A stretch of DNA of 64,000 bases from Podarcis filfolensis (lineage: Eukaryota), in NCBI GenBank assembly GCA_964270895.1, contig OZ185442.1; one strand, 5' to 3'. Within the stretch, counting starts at the first letter, position 1. Every line of letters starts with the position of its first letter. Positions 35,844 to 48,894 of this stretch are shown in pieces. Under the pieces are notes generated by a model. That model made no database searches and was not told the origin of the DNA. It was given only the letters and a program-made list of their open reading frames with translations. Made by a program: the position numbers and the translations under genes.

Positions 35844-38800
35844 TGACTGACTGCGGAAATGGATAACCCCCCCCATCCAAACAATGACTACAATCAGTGC
35901 CGGTAAGAAAAGAAAATATTTTAATTTTTATCATCTATAATACTGTCTTATTTATTTTATGGTACAGTACATTGATTATTGCTTTCATTTTATGGATCAA
36001 TGGTCTCGTTAGATAGTAAAATTCATATTAAATTGCTGTTTTAGGGGTTGTTTTTAAAAGTCTGGAACGGATTAATCCATTTTGCATTACTTTCTATGAG
36101 AAAGTGCACCTTGGTTTTGGAACGGACTTCCGGAATGGATTAAGTTTGAAAACCAAGGTACCACTGTATCAGGTCCTTCCAGACCAAAATATACGCCTTT
36201 CCCAGGGACACTTCAGAATTAAAATACTCTCTCTCACTCCTTGATCACTCCTCCTACCCCAAGCCATAAGAGCCTCTGGCTACACAACAAGACAAGCACC
36301 CTGTAAGATCACAGACATTGCCCTTTCACCCAGTGCTTTTGGGGTTTTATCCTGCCCAATGTGACAACACCACACCTGTTACAATATCATAAAGCTAAGA
36401 GGTACCACAACTATAACCTGCTTTGCTAGGAGCTCAGAGCCCTACCAGAGCAGGCCAGAACAATAACATATAATTTATGATGTGTAAAGTCCTCTCCTCC
36501 AGTTCTGCACCTTCAAGTTCCTTCTCTTGGGCAGTCAAGGCGCGGTCCATTTGAAGGAGAGATTTTGCCACAGTCTCCTTGGATTTCAGGAATTCTTCAA
36601 GAGCACAGTCTGCCTGATAAAGGATCGGAAGCAAAGGTTTTGAAAATTTTGAAAATTTGCAAAATTGAATGCAAAGATGGGGGGAAAGTCAAAGCAGATT
36701 ACATGCAGGGATTAAAGACAACAACAACAAAAACTTGGTGTATTAATGTAGCAAATAACTGAATAATAGTAGCTGGGGTCAGATGCTGAGAAATAGATGT
36801 TAGTGATCTATAATCCCTATCACATAGCTTGCAAAGAAAGAATGCCTCTTAAACTGAATTTACAGTGCAATCCTTGGGATACCTACTCTGAATCAAATCG
36901 TATTTAATTCAGTGGGACTTGCTCCTAAGTAAATGTGCATTGGATTGCAGTTTACATCTACAGAAAGGGTGGCAATCCTCCCCCCGCCCGACTGATACCC
37001 CCTTCCCTACTAGGAAACCTCTGAGAGGTGCTTGCTAGTGGCAGGTGGAGCCACAGGTAAAAGTGGGAGGAGCAACATGTGTAATATGCTAGTTTGTTCA
37101 ATACGCTAGTTTTACGCACAAACACACACACCCTTCTGTCCTCCATACAGGTAAGCAAGACACATAATGAAAGTTCAGGGGCACATTCCAGCAAGGCAGA
37201 AACCCTCTAGTAAGGCTAGTGAGGGCTGTGACCTGGGCATAGAGGGTATGGCTAAGGAGCTGTAGCCTAGGGAGAGTCCAGAGGACCAGAAGGAGAAGCC
37301 TGGATGGTCACAGTTGCCCCCCTTGGCCTGAGGCTCCTCACCTCTGGTCTACAGTCTGCTTCTACCCTCCATCAGCACCAGAATGCTGAATCTTTGGATG
37401 CTGAGGAAAAGTTGGCTCAGGTACTTCCAAGTAGTGAACCTACCTGAATTCCTTTACAGGGTACCGAACGGTATTCCTCCACCATTTCATTCCAGTTCTC
37501 CAGATAACGCTGGTAGCCACCAGGAGCAGAATAAATTCCTATGTGGACTCCATCTTCCAGCTTCCGGTAAAGCTCCACCAGCACATGGCTGCAGCGGTCA
37601 AAGGACACCTGTTTGTTTCTCTCGCATAATTCTTCCTTTTTCTGCTTCAGCTGAAGCTGCCAGAACAAAGTGAAAACAAAACCAGCGGAAAGATGGTGTG
37701 TTAACAACGAGGGGGAACTTGCCCCGTTCTGTACCCTGTTGCAGGGGGAAAGGCATACCAAGGCCTACATACAATCAACAGCACAGATTTCAGTCGAACT
37801 GGAACTGCTTGTGCTGGACGTCAGTTTTATTATTTGTCCAACCACATCTTTCCTTGAGTTCAGAGCCAGGCCCCCTTGCCATTTTCAACCACCTGTCTAT
37901 TGGGAGATGCACATATATTCGATTTCACTTGGAAAATGTGCCGCTTGCTGCTAGCTTAATGCAGCATTCTCTAGGCTATGTAAGTAAATGACTTGAGGTC
38001 AACTTGGCCTGCATTTCAATGTCTGTCGCTGCCTGGGGACAACATACAACGGTCTCCATTTTGGACAAAGAGACTCTGAGAAAACCATTTAAGTTTCAGG
38101 CAGAAGTGAAGGAGGCCAAGCCAGGAAGTGCACATACCATCAGCTCCCAGTTAGCATGAGAGGACTCTTGTCAGTCTTCTTTTAATATAATGCAGGTGGC
38201 GCTGTGGTCTAAACCACTGAGCCTCTTGGACTTGCCGATCAGAAGGTCGGCGGTTCGAATTCCCGTGACAAGGTGAGCTCCCGTTGCTCAGTCCCAGCTC
38301 CTGCCAACCTAGCAGTTCGGAAGCACGCCAAAAAGTGCAGGTAGATAACAGAGCCGTCTTTCCCATTGGGCTTACTGGTGCATTGTGCCAGGGCGCTGGC
38401 CTCAGGGGCACCCCAGCGAGTGAGGGAGCTGCGCGGCTTTGCCGGCGGCCTCCCCTTTCCCTCCTGCACACCTGCCAGCTGCGCCCCATCAACCATATGG
38501 CTGGCGGATGTGCAGCTTCCTTCCCAAGCCTCCACGGGAGGAGAGTGATCCCTGCAGAGGCTTGGGAAAATGTCAACAACTCTGGGAAACGGGGGGTGGG
38601 GTGGGGCACCGGAGGGATCTTTGCACCATGGCGCCAGGTATGCTTAAGACGGCTCTGGTAGATAAATAGGTACCACTCCGCCAGGAAGGTAAACAGCGTT
38701 TCTGTGTGCTGCTCTGATTTCGGTGTTCCGTTGCGCCAAAAGCGGCTTAGTCATGCTGGCCACATGACCCGGAACAACTGTCCTCGGACAAACGCCGGCT

Positions 38801-41800
38801 CCCTCGGCCTGTAAAGCGAGATGAGCGCCGCAACCCCAGAGTCGTCTGCGACTGGACTTAACTGTCAGGGGTCCTTTACCTTTACCTTTTTTATTTGCTT
38901 TGGTGTTTTAAACCACCTTAGAAGAAAAGGCGGCATATAAACCCAATAAGTAAGTAAGGTATGGAAGGCCCTGCTAGCCATGACGTCTATAGCTATGCAA
39001 CAGGATTTTGTCTAAATAAGCTTTACTAAGTGTGATCTTTTTTCACAAATGCCTGGAGATGCAGGGGAATGAACCTGGGACCTTTTGCATGCAAAGCAGG
39101 TGCTCTATTCCGGTGCTCCAGCCCTTCTCCAAAGTTCAGTTTTTAATTGCATTCTCTGCTTTGTGGGTTTCCTCTCTGACCACTGAGAACATTTCTGGTT
39201 CCATGACCCCATCTGCACTGCACATTTAAAGTGCTATAGGACTCCCATGAATTTGGGGAGCTGCAGTTGGTTTGGAGAATTGTTAGGAGAGACCTGGCCA
39301 GCCAGCCTGTGAGGCAAGGTGAGGCGACTGCCTCAGATGGCAAAATCCACAGGGCTGCAGAGCCTGATGTAGATCTTTATTCTCCCCACCCGCCTTGTTC
39401 CTGATATAGATCTTCAGGAGGTGGGGGCGCCATTTTGTGGTTTGCCTTGAGTGCCAAAATGTCTCGTCCAGCCCTGGTTAGGAGATCCCTATTCCCCATC
39501 AGAGAGCTACAGTTTCCAGAGTGGTTAAAAAACTACAGCGCCCAGAATTCTTAGGGGGAAGCCATGACTGTTTAAAGTGATATGAAAGTGCTTCAAATGT
39601 ATGATGGAGATGGGGTGCGTCTGAGGGGGCAGAGGACCTACAATTGTCTATATTTCAGCATTCTTGAGGCCTTTTTTCGGGCCTGCGAAACAGACTGAGG
39701 AGCAGGGAAGGAACTTTTAAAAAATGACCCAAAGTTCGGTTTCCAGCCACACTGGCAGAGACAATTGATCAGGCACAAATGAAACCACATATACCTCAAG
39801 ATCCTCCTGGAATTTTTTAACCTGCGCGATGCCAAAGGCACGGGCCATGAAGACAGCGTTGCCTTCCTTTTCACACTCGGCATGCACAGCCAGCAGCTCA
39901 TCCACCGTGTCTGTGGGCAACGCCAACCGCTTCCCCATCAGCGCTTCGTAACAGGAAACGGCCTCCTGCACAGCAGCTGCGTTCTCAATCTCAGACAGGG
40001 CCAGCACTGCGTTCTCCAAGCACGGCACATCCCCACTGTTGATAGCATCGACGTAGATCTTCAATAACTTCTCAAGCACTGAAGAGGGAAGGATCAGTGA
40101 AGCCACAGAACTAACCTCCTTGCACTGAAAGAGTAATTTCAGGCCCCAAACACCCTTTAGTTGTTTGTCTGCATCAAGTATTCTGCTGTAGCTGCAGATT
40201 CACCAAGCGAGAGCAGAAAACAGTTATCTTGCACGTAATAAAAAAGGCATAGTAGCCACCCGTTTCCTATTTACAAAAGAAAGATTCTGTCCCTTGTGGC
40301 TGCAGGAAATAACTTGAATACATGTAGATAGCACTTGGCTGAAAAAGGAGGGAGGGATCTTGATAGAAATCCAACACACACATCCTCCCAGTTACTCTTG
40401 TTTGCCTTCCTCCCTTGCTCTCTCCCACAACTCAGCAATCAGGTGAGTTGTTTACATGCAACTGAGGTCTTGGCCACACCAGAGCAAAATGTGGATTTGC
40501 ACTTACTTACCTGTCTCCCCATTAAAGTAGGGGCATTTGTTGTCCTGGACATTTCTGTCACGGCTAAAAATTGGCCGCTGTTTCTTTAATGCTAAAAGAA
40601 CTAAGTCAGCCTGAGTCAGCGGCCTACAATGACTCACGCAACTTTTAACCAAATTGTACCTGTATATATAGAGTGCTCAATGTTAGTGTTGGGTGTGGGT
40701 TGGTTAGATGGTAGAAAGCTGGTTGCGTTTGGTGTGTGTAAAAAGCTGTCGGTCGTGGTTGGAGAAGAAGACTTTTTAAGAATAAAAGCAGCAATACTCT
40801 GCAAGAATACTCTTTCTCAAAGACTCTTTTGTGCCAACTAAGGTCTGAGGACTAGGCAAAGGAGTAAAAAGGTCAGAAACTTTTCTTTTTCAAACACTGA
40901 CAATTTCCCCTTTTAAATGCAGGGCACAGTTGATCCTTGGAAATTATGAAATGGCCAGGTTAAAAAAAAAAGTACTTTAAAGAAGGGAAAGGGGGAGACA
41001 AGGGGAGCACTGAGACAAGAGAATATGTCATGTGAACACTCCTAGATTAATGGGGAGACAGCATGTGCAAATCCATATTTTGCTCTGGCTTGGACAAGTC
41101 CTTAGTCTGCACCTGCTCCAACTGAGGAGTCAGGGCAGAACCAACCATTTTCTACTGCCAAATGGGACCCTATTGGTTTCTGATGTCACCTGATCCCTAA
41201 TGGGCTGGTTTGAGTAACACCCTTCGCCCTAAGCCATCTAGAATGGTGGTGCTGCTATGCAGCAGACATCGCAACATCCACAAGCTGCTCTGCTCACAGA
41301 GGGGAAAAGGCTCCACCAATTAAATTCGCAGTTTGAGACTTGTTATTACAGCCATACCTTGGCTCTCAAACGGAATCCATTCCGGAAGTCCATTTGACTT
41401 CTGAAAACGTTCAAAAACCAAGGCACAGCTTCCAATTGGCTGCAGGAGCTTCCTGCACTCAATTGGAAGCCGTGAAAGCCGTGTTGGATGTTCGGCTTAC
41501 AAAAACAGTTCGCAAACCGGAACACTCATTTCTGGGTTTGCGGCGTTCAGGAGCCAAAATTTTCGAGTCACAAGACATTCGAAAACCAAGGTACGACTGT
41601 AGTACCATCAGAACTACACCAGGCAAAAGTATCTACGTCTCAAGTCCAAAGTGCAACAGAGGTCACTGACCAGCACTAAGGTGTGTTAGGTGTACTTCCA
41701 ACACCTGGAGAGCTCTGAGGTGTTCTGTACAATGGACAATTATTGGTTTTTATTGGTTGGCATCCACCTGTCTCGAGAGACAACGGAAGAGTGTGAAATG

Positions 41801-44800
41801 ACTCCTATTGAAATGGTTTCCAACTGCCACCTGTCCCAACTTACAAACTTGCAAAAGCGTTCCTTACTTCTCCCTGTCACAACTTGGCCTCCCGGGACTG
41901 TCTTGGGTCGAGATGTCTCCCAGATGTGTTGGCAGAGACGGCCCACCGGCGCCAAGAAATCTTCCTCCAAATCATCTTCTTCCAGTTCCTCCAGCCGAGA
42001 CAACATTTTCTTGGTAGCTGGGCGGTCAAACGTGAAACATTTCCGTGACGGAAAGAATTTGCGGATACATGACTTGGGCATGTTGAACTTCTGGATTTGC
42101 TCACTATTACCTGGGGGAGAAGAAGTGTGAGTACACAAGACAATTTGTTAATATTGTCAAATTAAACAGAAAACATGCCATTCATCTCCCCAGTGGGGAA
42201 AACTTATTTTGTTACCTGTACACATTCAGGTTTCCACGCTGACTCAACATCTGAGGACCCAGGAATTACTGTAAGCTGAGTTAGGATATTGCTCTCTGTC
42301 TCAGCACTGCAAATGTGATGGTATAAATGACGCTTTTGAGCATGTACATGCAGCTCACACATGTATATGTGAGATTATTGGGCAAGGCATCTAGGTCAGA
42401 GGGGTTTCAGGAGGCCCAGTCCAAATGCACAAGCAACATGGTACACTTGGCAGTATGCAGTTTTGATGTATTGTTGTGATGTACCCATATGTGTGCTCCA
42501 TCAGGCAAGTAGCATGGGGACACTTGTTAAACCTATTTGGCCCTCAATGGGTACATGACTGGTCATATGCACCCACTTGAATTTTAGGCCCTTATTCTTT
42601 ACATCAGTTGTATGCCTCCACATTAACAGTGTCCTCTAGGCTGTTAACAAGCCCCAGCTTTCCCTCCCCATCTCAGACGCTGCCTTATCTTTTTGCAGTT
42701 ATTGTACCTTTCTGCAGTCTCAATGCCTCCTCCAGGTACCCGTCCTCAGTGATGGGCTGTCCACCTATCTTCAGCTGTAGTGTGAAATCCCGCACTGCCC
42801 AGATGAAGTCTGGGAAGAAACGGATAAATTCGGCAGAGTTCTCCTCCTCTGTATCTTCCCCGGGGGAAGCTTTTGCCTTAATCTTTTTTGTCAGCTCAGT
42901 GACATAGCTGGGGAGTGCTAAGGAAAACAATTCCAGGGCTGGTCTGGGGATTTGCAATATGAACTTCAGCCAAATCATGAACTGGCTAGACCTGTCTGTA
43001 GATGCAGTACTGGCTGGAGAATGAGATGACCTCCTAGCAGGTGCAGCAAGATTTTCTACACTACAGACTGACCACCTCTTGCAGTTGTGGTTTGGGGAGA
43101 GCTTTGCGGCAAGGGACTTATTTTAACATTGTGGCCTTATGCCCTGCTGACAGCTCTTATTATACACCCTTAGGTCAATTCCTGACTCCACCCCTTCTAG
43201 GATTCCTAGCTCCCCTACTCCTTCCACCTATCTGTCAGTAAGACATGCCCCTGGGGGTTTCCAACTCTCACACTGTGTCTCAATGAGCTCCTCACCCAGC
43301 ACCTGATCCTTGGGGTTTGCCTATCCTGCCCATCAGCTATGTCTTTCTATGTTTCTTTTCCCTTCACCCAGTTCCTGAGCAGCTCAGTTGGTCAGTGTGT
43401 GGTGCTGATAACGCCAAGGTTGCAGGTTCGATCCCTGTATGTGACAGCTATATATATTCCTGCATTGCAAGGGGTGGGCTTAGATGACCCTCAGGGTCCC
43501 TTCCAACTCTACAATTCTACGATTCTATGGTTCTATTTGTTCCGAGACAGACCAGGAGAGTTCATTCCACTTGATTCTGAACCCAAAGACGACACCTACA
43601 GCTTTTGCTCTAATCTTTTTTGTCAGCTCAGTGACATCACTGGGGAGCGCTAAGGAAAATAATTCCAGGGCTGGTTTGGGGCGTTGGACCTGAATTCAGC
43701 CAAACGATGAACCTGTTTGAACCTGCAGTTGTGGGCTAGCTGGCAATAATGATAGGGCTTTTGAGCAGAGATTTACACTACAGACAAACCACATATCGCA
43801 ATTGTAATTTGGACAGCGTTTTGTGGCAAGGGGCTGACACCTCTTGGTTTTACACCTTAAGGCCTATTCCTGATTTTATGCCTTCTGGAGTTCCTGCCTG
43901 CCCCCCACCCATATCTGTAAAACATGTATAGCTGTCAACTTTCCCCTTTTCTTGCGAGGAATCCTATTCGGAATAAGGGAATTTCCCTTTAAAAAAGGTA
44001 AACGTTGACAGCTATGAAAACATGTCTCTGGAGATTCCCAGTTTGCGGCTGTAATCACTAATCCACCCCCCTCACAATGTGTCCCAATGAGCTCCTCACC
44101 CACCTTCCGATCCTGGGAGATTGCCTGCCTCTTCTATCAGCTACATCCCCTCTGTGTTTCCTCCTCCACCACCCCGTAGTTCCTCAGCATCATGCAGACC
44201 ACTCTAAGCATCATGGAGTCTCAGACCAGGAGAGTTCATTCCACCTGCTTCTGCATCAAGCGATCTGTCTCCCATGGAGCGAAACCCCTAGAGGGACACC
44301 CTACAACTGCCTCCTCCTAGATCCTCCAGGCCAAGCGTGCAAGCCCAGCTGGGATTTCTGATGCCCCAAAAGGATACTGCAGGTTCTCCAGGGCATTTTG
44401 GTCAATGGTGCCCATGCTGTTGTACACCAGGGTGCTGCTGAGAAGAATGGCCAGGGCAAAGATCCACGAGTCGTTCTGTGTGTTTCCCTGAAACATAAAA
44501 CGGGGCTTTTGAGGACATCCCAAGAGTCCATCACCCCAAATCCCAATGCCCCATTGACAGCTGCACTCTTTCCTCTGGGAGCTGCATGTGCAGAGATAGC
44601 TACTTCGAGGTTTGTGTTGTTGCTTTTCCGCTGCTCCCGTTGCACCAGGTTAAGGAATTCTTGGAAATGAATGCAGATCATAACTTGCTTGCAGCATCTT
44701 AAACTGCACTTGGAAGCCTTGCAGAGGCATATTGTCTAACTGTTGGCAACTACCCCACAAGCACCAAACAGATATGTTTAGGGGTTTTTTTACATCCATG

Positions 44801-47118
44801 ACACTCAGCCTGTCACACAACCTCCATAGTGGCTTGTACCAGAATTTGGTGACGGGCACAGGAACTCAGTATCCTGAGAATTTAAACTTTCAGTTAATAT
44901 AAAGAGTAAATCCTAGCACACAAGGTAAGAGTGGTTAAACCTGCTGAACCACGGCGAAAGCTAGCCAGGGTACATGCAGCCAAAGGTGGACAGAGCCAAA
45001 AATAATGATCAGTAGAATTTCCAGGACTGCACCACTCTTGTTCTTCTTACCTCTCAATCACACACACACTGTGGAAGAAGCAGCATTTTCCATTTAGGTG
45101 GTGCAGAGAACAAAAAACCCTGCGTGCAGCTTGCAAAATGAGCAAATAAATGCAAGACTGCTTACCATTAAGACCACGGATTTCAGGGGAAATTTTTTAT
45201 CATTTCAAGGCGATGAAAACACAGCCCACACAGTTGACTGCAGAATCACTGTTTGTGTTTGCGATGACTAATTACCCTGTGTGGCACAACTCTGGCAAGT
45301 GGAAAATGTGCCCTGGCACACCCAGAGCAGTTATTGCTGGAAACAAGCCTGAAACTGAAACCTTTGTTGATACAAAACATTAAATGTTTCAATTTCATTT
45401 TTGCTGTCTAATGTGTCCCAGGAAAACTATAAATATAAAGCACCTTTAGGGCATTAGTAAACATGACCCCATTGGCATATTAAAATATCATGGCTACATC
45501 GAGAACTCTCATTCTTCAGTGAAGCATTATAGTTCATTGTAAACTTCCTTGAGTGGCAGCATTTTCTGTGTACTTAAAATGTTTTTCAGAGCTGCGCCTT
45601 GTGTCAATGAATTTTCACTCGGGTAAACATGATACACGCCCCATTTGCAAACCACAAATACCTGCACCAAGAACCCTTTAGTTTTGTAATAAATGTTGGC
45701 CCCTCCAGCAGAAGAGGCTAACTTTCTTCACTTTCCCCCAAGGGCCACGTATGGCCAACCTTCTGGAAGTCACATGTCAAAGTAGGTGTGGCAAAATTAT
45801 GAAAGTGGGTGCAGCCATCTTTAAAAATGGCATGTTTGGGGCGGGGACAACTTGGGGGGCCAGAAACAGCCATCTATATCCACCCTTGCTTTTAACCTAC
45901 TAACAAATTCTGGGTTACAGGAAAATTCCAAAATGTGTAACATGGGGATATAACTGGCATAAGTATCGGCCATCCCTATCAATATTTGGCCAGGGCATTT
46001 TGTCACAGGGCTTTTTTGAATGTGTTGGGCTTCTGCGGCCCCCACCTGAGTTGTCATCTCCCCCAGCTCACCTTCTGCACATCACCCAACCCTTCTGTGT
46101 CCAGTAACACCAGTGAGAGGTCTGACCTGTAGGGATGCGGAAGACACCACATCCAGATGCCCTTGGTGAGCGCCTCCACTGTGGTACCCAGACAGAAACC
46201 TGTGGGAGGAGCAGATCATCATCATCATCACTATTATTATGCCACCCATCTGGGTTTCCCCAACCACTCTAGAAAACAAGGGGTGCCAAGGCTGAAGGCT
46301 TTGATCCTGCACACAGTTTCTAAACTCTGGAACTTACTTCTGTGTAAAGATACCTAAGATCAGATGACAAACTCTCTTTGGTTCAAGGCCCAGCTGCCAC
46401 AGGGTTCCAGACATCCTTAGAGGACAAACAAGACACCTCACAGGACTTTGAGGAGAAACCAGGACCTATTGAGTCCATTGCTCATATTGATTCTCCTTCT
46501 TATTGAACTGTACTCTCTTGTTGAAATATATATTGCAATATACTCACAGGAGGGGCTTATCGTTTTGGTGCCATGGAGTCTGCAAAGTGCCACTTGTGCT
46601 GATGTTTCTTCAGTGAGGCAGTTAGGTAATAGTCCTAGGATACCCCCTAAGATGGCAACGTGTGTTTCCTGCCATATTAAGGTATCTCCCTGCTCAGCTC
46701 AGTGGGGACCTCTGCCCCAAAGTCCTTCCTATCCGCTCTGGTTCTATATAAATATTAATTTACTCCTCTTCCTCCATGCTTCTCCCCAGGCTAGGCAGAA
46801 CACCCAGGGGCTCTGATACCCCGTTCCAGACACACCAGACACATCTGCCTTGCTCCTCATGCAAAGCTGCTAGACTCCAGCCCTTCCCTTGAGTAATGGG
46901 GAATATTCATGAAGCCAGTCACCTTTTCTCTTGCCGGCAAGCCTGTTCATGAGGTAGGACTTGCCAGTGCGGTACAACCCCGCAATGGCCACCACCACCA
47001 CCGGCTGGCAGATCCTGGCAAGCACCTCTGCAGCCTCCCGGTTCACCACAAGCTTCCCATCCGGCATGTTCTCAATTAGGCAAACAGGAGCCGCCATGTG
47101 GACCTGCCCTGACGCCAT
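32888..47118 (-). CDS. Guanylate-binding protein-like large GTPase, copy A, 10 coding exons, 624 aa
   Basis: Exons 47118-46923, 46199-46072, 44487-44378, 42907-42708, 42110-41868, 40078-39795, 37656-37444, 36613-36511, 35126-34933, 33091-32888 (196/128/110/200/243/284/213/103/194/204 nt = 1875). All GT-AG. P-loop [17 protein letters not shown] and helical C-terminal domain. One-to-one orthology to a numbered GBP cannot be assigned. Confidence 0.95.
33786..33813. repeat. (AAT)n microsatellite
   Basis: Direct reading. Confidence 0.95.
34020..34562 (+). mobile_element. L2 LINE 3' end with (TAT)n tail
   Basis: Near match to 28960-29150 (gaagtcagattagcctcagccagggcc...gcctggtggaacgctc...agagttgttccgcc); long (TAT)n at about 34522-34562. 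Confidence 0.8.
35467..36166. mobile_element. Tigger-like MITE containing a (GATA)n tract
   Basis: CAGTGGTACCTTGGTTCTCAAAC ... GTTTGAAAACCAAGGTACCACTG with TA TSD; extra internal TIR-like copy near 35686-35704. Confidence 0.85.
35801..35842. repeat. (GATA)n microsatellite
   Basis: Direct reading. Confidence 0.95.
38194..38889 (+). mobile_element. Sauria SINE interrupted by a hAT MITE
   Basis: Same body as 2717-3062 and 57157-57503, (TTTACC)n tail, split at 38349-38657. Confidence 0.85.
38349..38657. mobile_element. hAT MITE
   Basis: TIR CAGAGCCGTCTT / AAGACGGCTCTG; 8-bp TSD GTAGATAA (38341-38348, 38658-38665). Confidence 0.9.
41349..41599. mobile_element. Tigger-like MITE
   Basis: CAGCCATACCTTGG ... 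CCAAGGTACGACTG with TA TSD; same family as 59939-60168. Confidence 0.85.
43378..43537 (+). mobile_element. tRNA-Ile-derived SINE with CR1-type tail
   Basis: agctcagttggtcagtgtgtggtgctgataacgccaaggttgcaggttcgatccc head; cccttccaactctacaattctacgattctatg tail. Confidence 0.85.
43600..43639 (-). pseudogene. Truncated duplicate of GBP-A coding exon 4 (YVTELT exon)
   Basis: Intact acceptor tccccag| followed by T GAT GTC ACT GAG CTG ACA AAA AAG ATT AGA GCA AAA GCT ([13 protein letters not shown] versus [13 protein letters not shown]), then unrelated sequence. Confidence 0.85.
43927..44016. mobile_element. 90-bp hAT-type MITE
   Basis: TIR (T/C)ATAGCTGTCAAC / GTTGACAGCTATG; 8-bp TSD AAAACATG (43919-43926, 44017-44024). 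Confidence 0.85.
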
Positions 47119-47526
47119 CGTGCAAGAGAAGATGGGTCTGCAAAAGGAAAACAGAGGCGCTCATTATGCCACAGCCTGCTGCTGCCACCACTGACCCTAG
47201 GCTGGCACAGCAGAGGGAGGCCCTGGTGCAGCAGGAGGCCTCCAAAGGACCTCTTGCCTTGGTACCTCTGAGGCCAGGAGCTGGCCAAGTCTCTGCTGAC
47301 GCCAGGCTGCCATTGTTGTTTGTCTCAAGGGTGTGTGCCATTAGCTCTCTTCCTGAAGAACTAAGGCCTGAGAACACAAAGCCAGTGGCAGGAAGTTGCT
47401 AGGTTGGCCGCAGCCAACAAGGGTGTTCCTGGCTCAAGCCCCAGAAGCTGACAGAAATATCTCAGTATGAAGCACAAGGAATACCTCTCTAAATAACAAC
47501 ACAAAACTTCCTTTAAAAGTAAAGTT

Positions 47527-48894
47527 GAAATTGTATTATGAAGCCTCAGGTCTCTGTTGGTTAAAGGAATGGATAAAATTAGAAAATACGGAATTGTTGG
47601 ATTTAGAAGGATTTGATAATAGATTTGGATGGCACGCATATTTATGGGCTGGAAAGAAGAAAATCCATAGAGGTTTTGGAAACCACATTTTCAGAGGACC
47701 GTTAATAGAAATATGGGAGAGGTATAAAAACCTACTCGAAACAAAAACTCCACACTGGTTGTCGCCATTAGAGGTTATGACGGTTAAAAAAATTAATATG
47801 AGAAAGAATTGGATTACATATGGAAATTTGATCATTAAAGAAGGGGGGAAATGGAAAATGAAACCCTATGAAGAAGTGAAAGAATTTGTGTATGATTGGC
47901 TACACTATTTTCAAACAAATGAAATGTTTAAGAAAGATCTTAAAGAATATGGATATGCAGAGAAGGATTCTAAATTTCAAATAGAAATAATAAATAATGA
48001 ATACCAAAATTTATCCAAAATGTACAAAATATTGCTGGAATGGCACACAAAGGATGAAGAAGTTAAATCAGTCATGATAAAAGTGGCCAGAGATATCGGA
48101 CATAATATACAATTTGATGATTGGATAAAACTATGGAATGAAAGTATCAAATTTACTGCATGCACTGCATTAAAGGAAAATGTTATGAAAATGATATATA
48201 GATGGTATATCACACCAGTAAAACTAGCAAAAATGTACAAAACATGTAAGATGTGTTGGAAATGTAAAGAAAAAGATGGTACATTTTTTCATATGTGGTG
48301 GGAATGTAAGAAAGTGAAAAGCTTCTGGGAGATGATATATAACGAGTTGAAAAAAATGTTGAAATATACATTTGTTAAGAAACCAGAGGCTTTTCTTTTA
48401 GGAATAATTGGTAATGAAATAAATAGAAAGGATCACAAAATTTTCCAATATGCAGTGACAGCGGCAAGAATACTATTGGCCCAGAATTGGAAACAAGAAC
48501 AAATACCAACGTTGGAGGAATGGAGAACGAAGCTGATGGACTATGCAGAACTTGATAAACTGACTGGGAAGATCAGATATCAACGAGATCAAAGGTTTAT
48601 CGAGGACTGGAAAAAATTAGCAGACTATTGGCAATGTATAAGTGATAACGAAATAACGTTAGTGGCATTTAAAGAAGCTCTGTAATAGAATAAGAAATAT
48701 TGCAAAAAAGCAAAATATAAGAGGGGGGTAAGCATAAAGGTAATATAAAAATTTGGAAATGTGTATTAAAAAATTAGAATTCGAACGATTGGCAGAGAAG
48801 CTGAAGGAAGTCCAAAAATCGAAAATTTATTGTAAATTGCTAATGTGATATGAATGTATGGAAAATTAATAAAATATATTTATAAAAAATAAAA
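47527..48894 (+). mobile_element. 5'-truncated L1 LINE with open ORF2 C-terminus (to 48685)
   Basis: C-terminal Cys-rich motif CWKCKEKDGTFFHMWWEC; A-rich tail; TSD TAAAAGTAAAGTT at 47514-47526 and 48895-48907; antisense in intron 1 of GBP copy A. Confidence 0.9.

Noticed and set aside
43378-43450. tRNA-Ile-like (and tRNA-Lys-like, tRNA-Cys/Ala-like) sequences as genuine tRNA genes
   Set aside because: Acceptor stems are broken and each continues into a shared LINE-derived tail, so they are SINE heads.
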